Source: Candidatus Latescibacterota bacterium
GTDB taxonomy: Bacteria; Latescibacterota; UBA2968; UBA8231
Direction: 5' to 3'
DNA: 64,000 nt
NCBI GenBank assembly: GCA_965203355.1
Contig: OZ241889.1
Span: forward strand, 1,856,001 to 1,920,000
Positions 1 through 9,058 of this stretch are shown in pieces (positions within the stretch are counted from its first letter, which is position 1; each line of letters begins with the position of its first letter). A model generated the notes under the pieces. The model did not search any database. It was not told where the DNA came from and saw only the letters and a program-made list of their open reading frames with translations. The translations under genes and the position numbers were made by a program.

Positions 1-861
1 CGCATCCACGCTGTGCTTGCTACCTTGCATGGTCGTGCGCTGGACCAACCTCACGCGCTGCTGATTGAATATGAAGGAGGGGGCATTGGTATCGGCACTG
101 CCGTGCGGGGGCTCCGATCGCTTAAGAAGGGTGCGCTGCCGCCCGACAGTTCGGCCGCGGTTTTGGCTATTGAACGGTGGATTTTACCGGATTCCCTGCT
201 GGCGCTCGAAGCCCGTATGCAGGGGCGACACCAATGGCCTGCTATAGTTGCTTGGGCCGAGGGCCAGAAGCAGTCATTACTCGTGTCGCAATTGCGGTTA
301 GACGCGGTAGCGGGGCAGGTCTCAGTGACGGAAGCAGAGGTTCGGGATTACTACGAGCAGAACTTGGAGAACTACCGCTCTCTGCCCGGCGTCATCGAGA
401 TGACCGAGGTGCTGGTCAATACGCGTACCGAGGCCGAAGAGATTCTCACGTGGGCACGCACAGGGGAACAACTACTAGAGGAATTGGCCATTCGCCACTC
501 TGTGCGGCCCAGCATGAAGCCGGTGGGCGGCCACACTTTCGCCGACAGCGGTCGGGTTACTATCGAGTCGCTTTATCAGTCGCCGTACCGCACCTTCTTT
601 GGCGACAGCAATTCCAAAGACGTCGGGGTCCTACAAGGTCCGATGGAAGTCCAAGAGAAATACAGCGTGTTCCGCCTCGATCAGCCCTATGAGATGGCAT
701 TGCTGCCCTTTAAGCAGGTGCAGCGGCCCATTCGCGTTAATATCCGCAAGCGTCGCGAGGGGGTAATCTTCGACGCATTTCTCGACTCGCTGCGCCAAGC
801 GTATTCGGGTGAGGTACACATCAGCCAAGACGCCCTCGTCCGCTACACTACTGCCTTCTAA
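1..861 (+). CDS. Peptidyl-prolyl isomerase / SurA-PrsA-like foldase (5'-truncated by window edge)
   Basis: Frame is open from base 1. VTEAEVRDYYEQN helix, LEELAIRHS and GPM..YSVFRL segments are typical of PpiC/rotamase chaperones. Confidence 0.6.
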   Translation, partial: RIHAVLATLHGRALDQPHALLIEYEGGGIGIGTAVRGLRSLKKGALPPDSSAAVLAIERWILPDSLLALEARMQGRHQWPAIVAWAEGQKQSLLVSQLRLDAVAGQVSVTEAEVRDYYEQNLENYRSLPGVIEMTEVLVNTRTEAEEILTWARTGEQLLEELAIRHSVRPSMKPVGGHTFADSGRVTIESLYQSPYRTFFGDSNSKDVGVLQGPMEVQEKYSVFRLDQPYEMALLPFKQVQRPIRVNIRKRREGVIFDAFLDSLRQAYSGEVHISQDALVRYTTAF

Positions 862-863
862 AA

Positions 864-2882
864 ATGCGTGGTCGGCTCGCGGCACTGCTGCTCGGCTTGG
901 TTTTGGTCGCGCTCATTGAAGGGGGGTTGCGGCTGATTCCGGTGCTGGACCCGCCGCCATTTGCCATCCAACTAGCGGATGTCGAAGGCCGGGCACTCCA
1001 TGCGGTCAACCCGGACTATGCCCGCCGCTTCTTCGCCGACATGGCCGAGCCTATCCGGCGCGGCATCCGCATGACCCCACGCCCCTATCTCGAACCCGCG
1101 CCCGAAGGTGCATTGCGCGTACTTTTTGCCGGGGGGTCGACCGTACAGGGCTACCCCCATCCCAAGCGTTTGTCGGCCCCGTCTTATCTCCAAGCAATGC
1201 TCGGCGACCTCTTTCCAGAACGCCAGATCGAAGTCTTTAACGCTGGGATCACCGCTGCTTCAAGTTTTGCCGTGGCCCGCGCCGTAGAAGATGGTATCGC
1301 CGCACTCGGGGCGGACTTGGTCGTAGTTTATACAGGACACAATGAGTTATACGGGGTTTATGGAGCGGCCTCATTGGCCCAAGGAGGTCAAGCAGTGTGG
1401 ATGAAGCGGGTCCATTACGCGCTAGTGCAGTGGCGGTTGAGGTCCTTGGTCGGCAAGCTGATAGGGCCGTTGGGGAAAGAGTGGGCAGATGGGCCATTAA
1501 TCGAGGTGATGTCTAAGGCTGGCACGATCCCAGCGTCCGACCCGCGACGGGCGCAGGCAGCGGCCAATTTGGAGACCAATCTCCGCGACGTGACGGCCTT
1601 TTGCCGAGCGCAGCGCATTCCCTTGGTTCTTTGTACGGTGACTAGTAATGAACGCGGTTTCGCGCCAGCGCGCGTTGAGCCGCCTTTGCTGGATGGGGAA
1701 CGTACGCGCTATGTGGATTTTTTGGCGCAGGGCCATAGGGATCAAGCCTCGCCGGCAGCACTAATGGCCTTGGCGCAGGCCGAAGCACTCTATGCGGACG
1801 ATGCCTATTTGCACTTCTTACGCGGTTATCACTTAGAGCAGTTAGGTCGTGGAACTGAGGCGCGAGCGGCTTATGTGCAGGCGCGCGAGTTAGATCCCCG
1901 ACCTTGGCGGGCGACGGTATCTCTAAACGAGGTCGTGCGCCGAGTTGCGGCGGAAGAAGGAGTGTTGTTAGCCGATGTGGAGGCGCACTTCCGCGCCCAC
2001 AGTCCGGCGACCGGCGTGGGTTGGGAACTTATGGTCGATCACTTGCATCCGGCGGCGGCTGGCCAAGTGTTTTTGGCCCGAGCTATTGTTGCGGCACTGG
2101 AAGGAGCACCAGTCCCTTGGCAGGTCGCGTCCGGTGCTGCGGATCAGTTGGCGACAGCCGACGAATATCGCCGTAGGCTCGGCGACTTGCCCGTCGAGCG
2201 GTTAGCCGCGTTGCGCGCCATAGCCGTGCTCTTGGCCGCGCCTCCCTTGGATGCGGGAAACGAGAGGCGAGTACAGACCTTGCGGCAGCAGGCGGCGGCC
2301 CTGTGGGACGAACTGAGTGCTGGAGAGCAGCGTGGCGTCGAGCGCTGGCGAACGGGAACAGGGCCGGATCTATTGGTGCTGAACGTGGCTGACGCTTGTT
2401 ACGCCGCTCGGGAATACGAGTACGCACGGGCTTATTATAGCGCGGCCCGTTTGGAGGAGCCTTATACGATATGGGGCGATTTGTGGAGCACACTGCGCTA
2501 TGTTCGTTGCGGACAACTCGTGGGGGATGCTATTGGGGCGACCGAGCGCGTCGAGCTTTCTGCCTTGCTATATCGCTTGCGCTTCTTGAGCGAAGCCCCG
2601 GACTTTTCCTCGGGGTTACAGGACTTTATTCGCGGCTATGCCCACCATTTGCTCGGAGAGCATGACAAGGCGTTGACAGCACTAGAGCAGGCTGCGCAAG
2701 ACGCGCATATCCGCAAGACGTTTACAACGGACTTGCTAGCGTTGCTCGTCGCCGAGTTGATGACGGCGGGACGCTTGGCTGATGCCGAGCGGTACGCCGT
2801 GCAGATAGCTGCTGAGCAACAGCAAGAGGCGTTAGGTCGCGCCCTCGTCGAACAGATTAGGGTGAGCCAGAAGCCACGCTGA
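864..2882 (+). CDS. Membrane-anchored SGNH/GDSL-like hydrolase with TPR region
   Basis: N-terminal TM helix; GGSTVQG (block I Ser), YTGHNE (block III), DHLHP (block V); helical TPR-like C-terminus. Confidence 0.7.
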   Translation: MRGRLAALLLGLVLVALIEGGLRLIPVLDPPPFAIQLADVEGRALHAVNPDYARRFFADMAEPIRRGIRMTPRPYLEPAPEGALRVLFAGGSTVQGYPHPKRLSAPSYLQAMLGDLFPERQIEVFNAGITAASSFAVARAVEDGIAALGADLVVVYTGHNELYGVYGAASLAQGGQAVWMKRVHYALVQWRLRSLVGKLIGPLGKEWADGPLIEVMSKAGTIPASDPRRAQAAANLETNLRDVTAFCRAQRIPLVLCTVTSNERGFAPARVEPPLLDGERTRYVDFLAQGHRDQASPAALMALAQAEALYADDAYLHFLRGYHLEQLGRGTEARAAYVQARELDPRPWRATVSLNEVVRRVAAEEGVLLADVEAHFRAHSPATGVGWELMVDHLHPAAAGQVFLARAIVAALEGAPVPWQVASGAADQLATADEYRRRLGDLPVERLAALRAIAVLLAAPPLDAGNERRVQTLRQQAAALWDELSAGEQRGVERWRTGTGPDLLVLNVADACYAAREYEYARAYYSAARLEEPYTIWGDLWSTLRYVRCGQLVGDAIGATERVELSALLYRLRFLSEAPDFSSGLQDFIRGYAHHLLGEHDKALTALEQAAQDAHIRKTFTTDLLALLVAELMTAGRLADAERYAVQIAAEQQQEALGRALVEQIRVSQKPR

Positions 2883-4578
2883 CACCCTCGCCTTCGACGA
2901 GCGCGATGGCTTGGTTGGCGGCAAAGGGGCCGAATCGCTCCACGCGACCCGAAGGCCAGCGTATTTCTAATGCGTCAAGTTGCGGCCGTTTGCCTAGTCC
3001 CAAACAGATGCGAAGTTGGCTCTGCGATAGGTACGAGCGGCTGCCGCGCAGTTCTCTAGTCTGGCTCAAGTCTCCGCTGGTGGCCGTCAGCCGAGCACCG
3101 ATGCCATGCGGGTTGCCGCTGGCTCCCGATAGCCGAATGGTGATCCAGTGGTTGGTGCTGCCGTGGTCGTTGCGCAGCAAGCTGATCGGTTGTCCCGAAT
3201 TAAAAACTAGTAGATCGGGATCGCCGTCGCTGTCGTAGTCGCCGGTGGCACTGCCGCGGCTGACGCGCTCTAAGGCGAAGCCGGGGCCGGCTGTGGCGGA
3301 AATCTCGGCGAAGCGGGCGCCGTCGTTGCGGAAGAGCAAGTTGCGCTGTCCATAGCTGGTGGATTGGTCCATGCTGCGGACGTTGTCGAGGACGTGGCCA
3401 TTGACGGCAAACAGATCGAGATCGCCATCGAGGTCGGGATCGAAAAACTGGGTGCCAAATCCGAGCAAGGGCAGCGACGGCAAGCCCACCCCGGCGGCAA
3501 AGGTCGCCACCGAGAAGAAGCCACCTTCTCCCCGATAGAGCGCATTAGGCTCGGCTTGGAAGTTGGTGACCGTCAGATCGAGTACGCCGTCGCCGTTGTA
3601 GTCGCCCCAATCCACTCCCATACCTGCTTCCATCTGCCCGTCTTGGCCATAAGCCACTCCCATCAGTCCCGCTCGTTCGGCAAAGGTCCCGTCGTGGCTG
3701 TTGTGGTAGAGGAAATTGCGCACGGCGTCGTTGGCCACATAGATGTCGGGCCAACCGTCGCTGTCGTAGTCGCCAAAAACTACCCCTAGCCCCTTGCCGC
3801 TCGCGTCGGCGATACCGGCCGCTGCCGAGACATCAACGAAGTGCCCTGCGCCGTCGTTGCGGTAGAGCAGATCGGCTTGGCCTTGGAAGTTGTCGGGATG
3901 CGGATAGCCTACAGTTGCTTGGCCGCTATAGCTTTCGTAGCCGGCCATATAGGGCACTTGGTCGGCGCGTACCGCGGCCGGATCGTAGGCCACGTAGTTG
4001 GCGACATAGAGGTCGAGGTCGCCATCGCGGTCGTAATCGGCAAAAGCGCAACTGGTGCCCCAGCGCACATCGGCAACACCGGCCGGCCGGCCAATTTCGG
4101 CAAAGTGCCTGTCGTCGTTGCGAAAGAGTGCGTTGGGGCCAAAATTGGTCAGATAGAGGTCGAGGTCGCCATCGCTGTCATAGTCAGCTGTGGCAACCCC
4201 CATGCCGACGCCTAGATGGGCGACGCCGGCCGCGGCCGCGACAAAGTGCTGGCCCTCGTTGCGAAAGAGCTGGTTGACTGGGGCTGTATCCTGAGAATCG
4301 GCGGCGATAAAAGCACCATTTACAGCGTAAACATCCAGATCGCCATCGCCATCGTAGTCGAAGAATGCCCCCCCCCCGCCCATGGTTTCGGGGAAGTGGC
4401 GCTGGGGACTGCGGCCGTTTTCGTGCTGCCAGGTCAGACCGACGGCAGACGCTACTTCGACGAAGTGGAGAGACGAGGCTGTAGGCGCGGCGTACTGCAA
4501 CGGTGCCGGTGGTGTGGTCTCTTCGGTGGCACTACAGGCCAGGCAGAGCGAGCAGATGAGAAAAACTAGTATGGGCAT
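2857..4578 (-). CDS. CRTAC1-family FG-GAP repeat protein with ASPIC/UnbV C-terminus, probable lipoprotein
   Basis: Multiple DYDxDGDLD repeats; GSRSYLSQ and EIRWPSG (UnbV). Start reset to ATG 4578, just after the upstream stop, giving signal/lipobox CLAC. Confidence 0.85.
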   Translation of the reverse strand: MPILVFLICSLCLACSATEETTPPAPLQYAAPTASSLHFVEVASAVGLTWQHENGRSPQRHFPETMGGGGAFFDYDGDGDLDVYAVNGAFIAADSQDTAPVNQLFRNEGQHFVAAAAGVAHLGVGMGVATADYDSDGDLDLYLTNFGPNALFRNDDRHFAEIGRPAGVADVRWGTSCAFADYDRDGDLDLYVANYVAYDPAAVRADQVPYMAGYESYSGQATVGYPHPDNFQGQADLLYRNDGAGHFVDVSAAAGIADASGKGLGVVFGDYDSDGWPDIYVANDAVRNFLYHNSHDGTFAERAGLMGVAYGQDGQMEAGMGVDWGDYNGDGVLDLTVTNFQAEPNALYRGEGGFFSVATFAAGVGLPSLPLLGFGTQFFDPDLDGDLDLFAVNGHVLDNVRSMDQSTSYGQRNLLFRNDGARFAEISATAGPGFALERVSRGSATGDYDSDGDPDLLVFNSGQPISLLRNDHGSTNHWITIRLSGASGNPHGIGARLTATSGDLSQTRELRGSRSYLSQSQLRICLGLGKRPQLDALEIRWPSGRVERFGPFAANQAIALVEGEGVSVASGSP

Positions 4579-4579
4579 A

Positions 4580-6082
4580 TCAGGGGCTGGGCAGTTGGGC
4601 GAGCCGCTCGCGGGCTTGGCGCAAGAAGTCTGGGTCACCTTGCCACTTATTGATAAAGGCTTGGTAACAACGATGCGCTTCTGCGATCGCGCCTTGGGCT
4701 TGGTACACGGTTGCCAGCGCGTAGTAAGTCCGCGCAAAGGTCGAATCGGCGACAATGGCCGCCCGATAGGCGCGTCGCGCCCGGTCTAGTTGTCCCTTTT
4801 GCAAGAAGAGACTGCCGAGATTGTAGTGAGCATCGGCCAGCGTTGAGTCGGCGGCAATGGCCGATTCCAGCGCCCGTTGCGCCGCCGCTTCCTCGCCTAA
4901 ACTTAGCTGGACATGGCCGAGGTTGTTCCAAGCTGTGGCCGAGGAAGAGTCCAACGCTAGGGCGTGCTCGAAGGCTGTGCGGGCCTCTTGATACTGGTTG
5001 CGCTGCATATAGACATAGCCACGGGCGAAGTGGAGCTTGCTGGTGCGGACATCCTCTGGGTGCTGGGAGATGCCTCGGCGGCATAGTTCAAGCACTTCTT
5101 GGTCTGCTCCTCGAGCCGACAAAAGCCCGCTTAGCGAAATGAGTGCCTCTAAGTCGTTCGGGTCGGCCAATAGTACAGCCCGACAGTGGGCCAGGGCGTC
5201 GTCGTCCCGACCGAGTCGCCGATAGTGATGGGCTAGCTGCAAACGAGTCTCGCGATCGTCGGGGTTGGCGTCGAGCTGACGGCGCAAATGTGCGACTTGG
5301 GCTGCATCAGCGGCGAGCGTCTCAAAGCGCACCAGTGCTGCCTGCGCTTGGGTTGGCTGCTCCAGTGCCAAAAGTGCTGAAGAAAGGTTGTAGTGTGCCT
5401 CGATCAGGTGCGGGTCGAGCCCGAGCGCATGACGAAAGGCCGCCAAGGCCGCCGGGTAACGCCGCTCGGCTAGGTGTAGCAAGCCCAACAGACGGTGGCT
5501 TTCGGCGTGGGTCGCGTCTTGGGTGAGGGCTAGGTCGAGCGCGGCTCGGGCCTCGTCATAACGGCCTTGACGTAGGTAGAGCCGACCGAGTTGTTGCCGC
5601 ACGTCAAGATCTTCCCCGCCCACTGCTAGGGCCGTGTGCAGTCTTTTTTCGGCTAGGTCATAGTGCCCCTGTTTGGCGTAGAAGAGAGGTAGGGTGCGGA
5701 GGGCCGGGACGTAGGTCGGAATGTGTTCGAGTAACTCGATAGCCAGCGGCAGATGCCCCCGGTCGGCCTCAATTACCGCTAGGTTGTGCCGGGCGCGATG
5801 ATAGGTGGAGTCGGCTACGAGTGCCGCTTGGTAGGCCCGGATGGCCCGCTCTACGTGTCCGAGCCGGGCGTCGAGATCGCCCAACGCACAGTGCGCTGCG
5901 GCATTGAGTGAATCTAGGGTTAGTGCTTTTTCAAAGACGCGCCTCGCCTCGGCGTAGCGGTGTTCTTCGGCAAAGGCGAGTCCGGCCTGCACCCAGTGCT
6001 CGCCTTCTTCTGGCGGGCCAGAATTTACTTCGCAACCACTCAAAATCGCCCATAGTGCGGCGAGCGGGACTACCAGGCTCAT
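4580..6082 (-). CDS. TPR-repeat lipoprotein
   Basis: Lipobox LSGC; many TPR units (AHYNL, AWNNLG). Confidence 0.85.
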   Translation of the reverse strand: MSLVVPLAALWAILSGCEVNSGPPEEGEHWVQAGLAFAEEHRYAEARRVFEKALTLDSLNAAAHCALGDLDARLGHVERAIRAYQAALVADSTYHRARHNLAVIEADRGHLPLAIELLEHIPTYVPALRTLPLFYAKQGHYDLAEKRLHTALAVGGEDLDVRQQLGRLYLRQGRYDEARAALDLALTQDATHAESHRLLGLLHLAERRYPAALAAFRHALGLDPHLIEAHYNLSSALLALEQPTQAQAALVRFETLAADAAQVAHLRRQLDANPDDRETRLQLAHHYRRLGRDDDALAHCRAVLLADPNDLEALISLSGLLSARGADQEVLELCRRGISQHPEDVRTSKLHFARGYVYMQRNQYQEARTAFEHALALDSSSATAWNNLGHVQLSLGEEAAAQRALESAIAADSTLADAHYNLGSLFLQKGQLDRARRAYRAAIVADSTFARTYYALATVYQAQGAIAEAHRCYQAFINKWQGDPDFLRQARERLAQLPSP

Positions 6083-7413
6083 CGCGGTGTGTGCCCTTGC
6101 GCGGATAGCTGCTGTCGGGCCTCGTCGATTTTGGTCTGTAAGGTTTCACTGGCCGCCCCACCAGACGGAACGTTCTCCCAGAGCGCAATGGCCCGGGCAA
6201 ATTCGCCGCGGCGGGCGTGAACATCGCCGAGCAGTATGTGAGCACTATAGAGCTTTGCATTTAGTTCGATGGCCTGTTCGATAGCGGCCTGCGCTTGGTC
6301 GAGTTGATCCATTTCGAGGTAGGCGTTGCCGATATTGGAGTAGTAAAAACCCGTGGAGGGAGCAAGTCGCACGGCCCGCTCGTATTGTTTGAGAGCCTTT
6401 TCTAGTTCCCCCCGCTTGTGAAAGATCAAGCCCAGATTGTTGTGGCTTTCAGCCAAGGTCGAGTCGTGGCTCAGGGCTTCGAGGTAGTAGCGCGCGGCCA
6501 AATCGTCTTTGCCCCGACGCTGGAGCAGGGTTCCCAATCCTTGGTATCCGAGGCCATAGGTCGAGTCGATGAGGATGGAATGCCGGTAGTGTTCGATGGC
6601 CAGTTTGAGACGCCCAAAGCGGCTGTAGAGGGCGGCGAGGTTGGAGTGGGCTTGAGGTCGGTCGGGGTACTGGCGGACTGCGTCTTGGTGGGTTTTGAGT
6701 TGGGCGTTTTGTTCGTCCAAGACGCACGCGCGCTCAAGGGCACGCTGTCCCTCTGCGGCACGACCCATGCGCAACAGAGCTTGCCCGATTCCGAGAAACG
6801 CGGCCGGCTCGTGCGGGCTGAGGTGCGCGACTTGGCGCAGTTGACGCTCGGCCTCTTGGTGGTTGCCTAACTTCAGCTCCACTAGGCCTAGTTGCAGCCG
6901 AGCTTGGAGGTGTGTGGAGTCGTCTGCGGCGATGGCGGCGAAAATTTCGCGGGCCTCTTGTAGCTGGCCTTCGCGCTGGTGAATCGCGCCTAGCACGTAA
7001 CGCGCTTCAACAGCGTTGGGGGCGAGTTCCAATGCCTCGGTGAGAAGCTGGCGAGCTTCCTCTACTTTGCCGTGTACATCATAGAACATTTTGCCCAAGG
7101 CGATGCGCGGGCCGGCGTAGTCGGGTTTTAGTTCAAGTGCTTGCTCAAACTGAGTCTGCGCCTCGGCAAAACGACTCTGGGCGTGCAATACAACGCCGAG
7201 ATAGTAGTGGTATTGGGGGTTGTCCGGGGTTTGTTGCTGCGCTTGGCGGTAGGCTTGCTCTGCTTGGTCGAAGAGGCCGCGGGCTTGGTGGGCGCGTCCA
7301 GCGGCAAAGGTCTGAGCCGCTGAGTCAGTGGGTGGATCGGGCGCTTGAGGTGGATCGGTTGTTTCGCGGGCACAGGCGGTACACAAGACTAAAAAAAGCA
7401 GGACAAAACGCAT
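6079..7413 (-). CDS. TPR-repeat lipoprotein
   Basis: Start reset to ATG 7413 (MRFVLLFLVLCTAC lipobox); TPR units (SHNNLG, YYSNIG); 4-bp overlap with the next gene. Confidence 0.85.
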   Translation of the reverse strand: MRFVLLFLVLCTACARETTDPPQAPDPPTDSAAQTFAAGRAHQARGLFDQAEQAYRQAQQQTPDNPQYHYYLGVVLHAQSRFAEAQTQFEQALELKPDYAGPRIALGKMFYDVHGKVEEARQLLTEALELAPNAVEARYVLGAIHQREGQLQEAREIFAAIAADDSTHLQARLQLGLVELKLGNHQEAERQLRQVAHLSPHEPAAFLGIGQALLRMGRAAEGQRALERACVLDEQNAQLKTHQDAVRQYPDRPQAHSNLAALYSRFGRLKLAIEHYRHSILIDSTYGLGYQGLGTLLQRRGKDDLAARYYLEALSHDSTLAESHNNLGLIFHKRGELEKALKQYERAVRLAPSTGFYYSNIGNAYLEMDQLDQAQAAIEQAIELNAKLYSAHILLGDVHARRGEFARAIALWENVPSGGAASETLQTKIDEARQQLSAQGHTPR

Positions 7414-7417
7414 GGTT

Positions 7418-9049
7418 CTACTCCGGTGTGAGGCGATTAACACCCCGGTGAATAGTGTAGTGATGGTCGGCGGATACAGCGCGGAAGACTTGGCGTTCGC
7501 CGCTCGGCCACGCGACTTCGATATCGGCCTTAGAAACGGTCCCCAAGCCGAAGTGCAAGCGCGTATCGCTCTGGGCTTGAAAGCTAGAGCCGGTCAGCAC
7601 TTCGCGCATCTGGTGTAGGCCACCAGCACGGACCCACACACGTGCGCCGATGGCCTCGGTGGCTTCTTGGCGCAGCGTCAATAGCAGATAGTGGCCTTTG
7701 TCTGCGACATCGTTGCGCAAGAGGGAGGGAGAGGCGTCGAGATTGGCGACGAGGATGTCGAGGTCGCCGTCGTCATCGTAATCGCCGCAGGCTGCGCCGC
7801 GGCTGACCTGCTCGGTTGCGAGAGCCGGTTCGTTGGCGATTTCCCGAAAGCGCCCATCGCCCAAGTTGCGGTAGAGTTGGTTGCGCTGGCGGTAGCGGAG
7901 ACCTCCGCCCCCCCTTTCAATGGCCGGCATGAGGTGGCCGTTGGCGACGAAGAGGTCTTGCCAGCCGTCGTGGTCGTAGTCGAAGAAGAAGGTGCCCCAG
8001 CCCATAAAAGGGCGGCTGCTGCTGGCTAGGCCGGCGCGTCCGCTGATGTCGGCGAAAAACCCATCCCCTTCGTTGCGGTAGAGGGTGTTGTGGTCTTGGG
8101 AGAAGTTGGTCGCGAGAATGTCCACCTGTAGGTCATTGTCATAGTCAGCCAAGGCCACCCCCATGCCGGCTTGAGCGCGCCCATTGCCGCTATAGGCCGT
8201 GCCGGTCGCCAGCGAGACATTGACGAAGTGACCTCCATCATTGCGAAAGAAGCTATTGGGATGCCCATCGTTGGCGACATAGAGGTCGGAGTCGCCGTCG
8301 CCATCTAAGTCGGACCAAGCTACTCCCATGCCGTAGTAATTCGGGCCGCGAATTCCCGCTGATAAGCTGGCATCGGTAAAGGTGCCATCGCCTTCGTTGC
8401 GGTAGAGCAGGTCTGGTTGAGCTTGGGCACCGCTTGGGCCGCAGGCTGCGGGCACTCCGTTGTGCTGACACCAACGGTCGTAAAAGGGCGGGCCATCGAG
8501 TGCAAACGCTATGTAGTTGGCGACATAGAGGTCGAGGTCGCCGTCGCGGTCGTAGTCGGCAAAAGCCGCGCCGATTCCCCAGCCTGCCGAACCGAGGCCG
8601 GCCAGGGCCGTGGCGTCTCTGAAGGGGCCGTCGCTTTCGTTGGCCAAAAGCACATCTCGGCCCCAACGGGTGAGGTAGAGGTCGGGATCGCCGTCGCCGT
8701 CGTAGTCAGCAAAGGCCACGCCCATATTCCAGCCGCCTATCCCCGTGCCAGAGTTTGCTGTTTCGTCGCTAAATGCGCCATGGCCTATCCCACGGTAAAG
8801 CGCGGTGCCCGCTGTCGAGTCGGGGCGGACGCCGCTGGTGAGAAAGAGATCGAGTTGGCCGTCGCTGTCGTAGTCCCAAAAGCCGCCGCCGGCCGATTGG
8901 GTCTCGATGATGTACTTCTTGTCGGCTCCGCCGGACTGGTTGATGAAGGCAATGCCGGCTGCTTGGGTCACGTCGGTAAAAAGCGGCCCAGTACCGAAGA
9001 CCGGTGCCGCGCAAGCAAGCAGCAAAAGAGCTTGGAGGTAGCTAGACAA
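7418..9049 (-). CDS. CRTAC1-family FG-GAP / ASPIC-UnbV secreted protein
   Basis: Signal peptide; DYDxDGDxD repeats; GSSFQAQS..LHFGLG..WPSG; TTG start with AGGAAGG upstream. Paralogue of 2857-4578. Confidence 0.85.
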   Translation of the reverse strand: MSSYLQALLLLACAAPVFGTGPLFTDVTQAAGIAFINQSGGADKKYIIETQSAGGGFWDYDSDGQLDLFLTSGVRPDSTAGTALYRGIGHGAFSDETANSGTGIGGWNMGVAFADYDGDGDPDLYLTRWGRDVLLANESDGPFRDATALAGLGSAGWGIGAAFADYDRDGDLDLYVANYIAFALDGPPFYDRWCQHNGVPAACGPSGAQAQPDLLYRNEGDGTFTDASLSAGIRGPNYYGMGVAWSDLDGDGDSDLYVANDGHPNSFFRNDGGHFVNVSLATGTAYSGNGRAQAGMGVALADYDNDLQVDILATNFSQDHNTLYRNEGDGFFADISGRAGLASSSRPFMGWGTFFFDYDHDGWQDLFVANGHLMPAIERGGGGLRYRQRNQLYRNLGDGRFREIANEPALATEQVSRGAACGDYDDDGDLDILVANLDASPSLLRNDVADKGHYLLLTLRQEATEAIGARVWVRAGGLHQMREVLTGSSFQAQSDTRLHFGLGTVSKADIEVAWPSGERQVFRAVSADHHYTIHRGVNRLTPE

Positions 9050-9058
9050 AAAACCTTC

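Noticed and set aside
4579-4755. Long N-terminal extensions in the ORF track (also 28043-28144, 29689-29937, 38403-38540, 46848-47012, 59869-59997)
   Set aside because: Downstream starts have an RBS, signal peptide or family-typical N-terminus and mostly avoid overlaps with neighbours.
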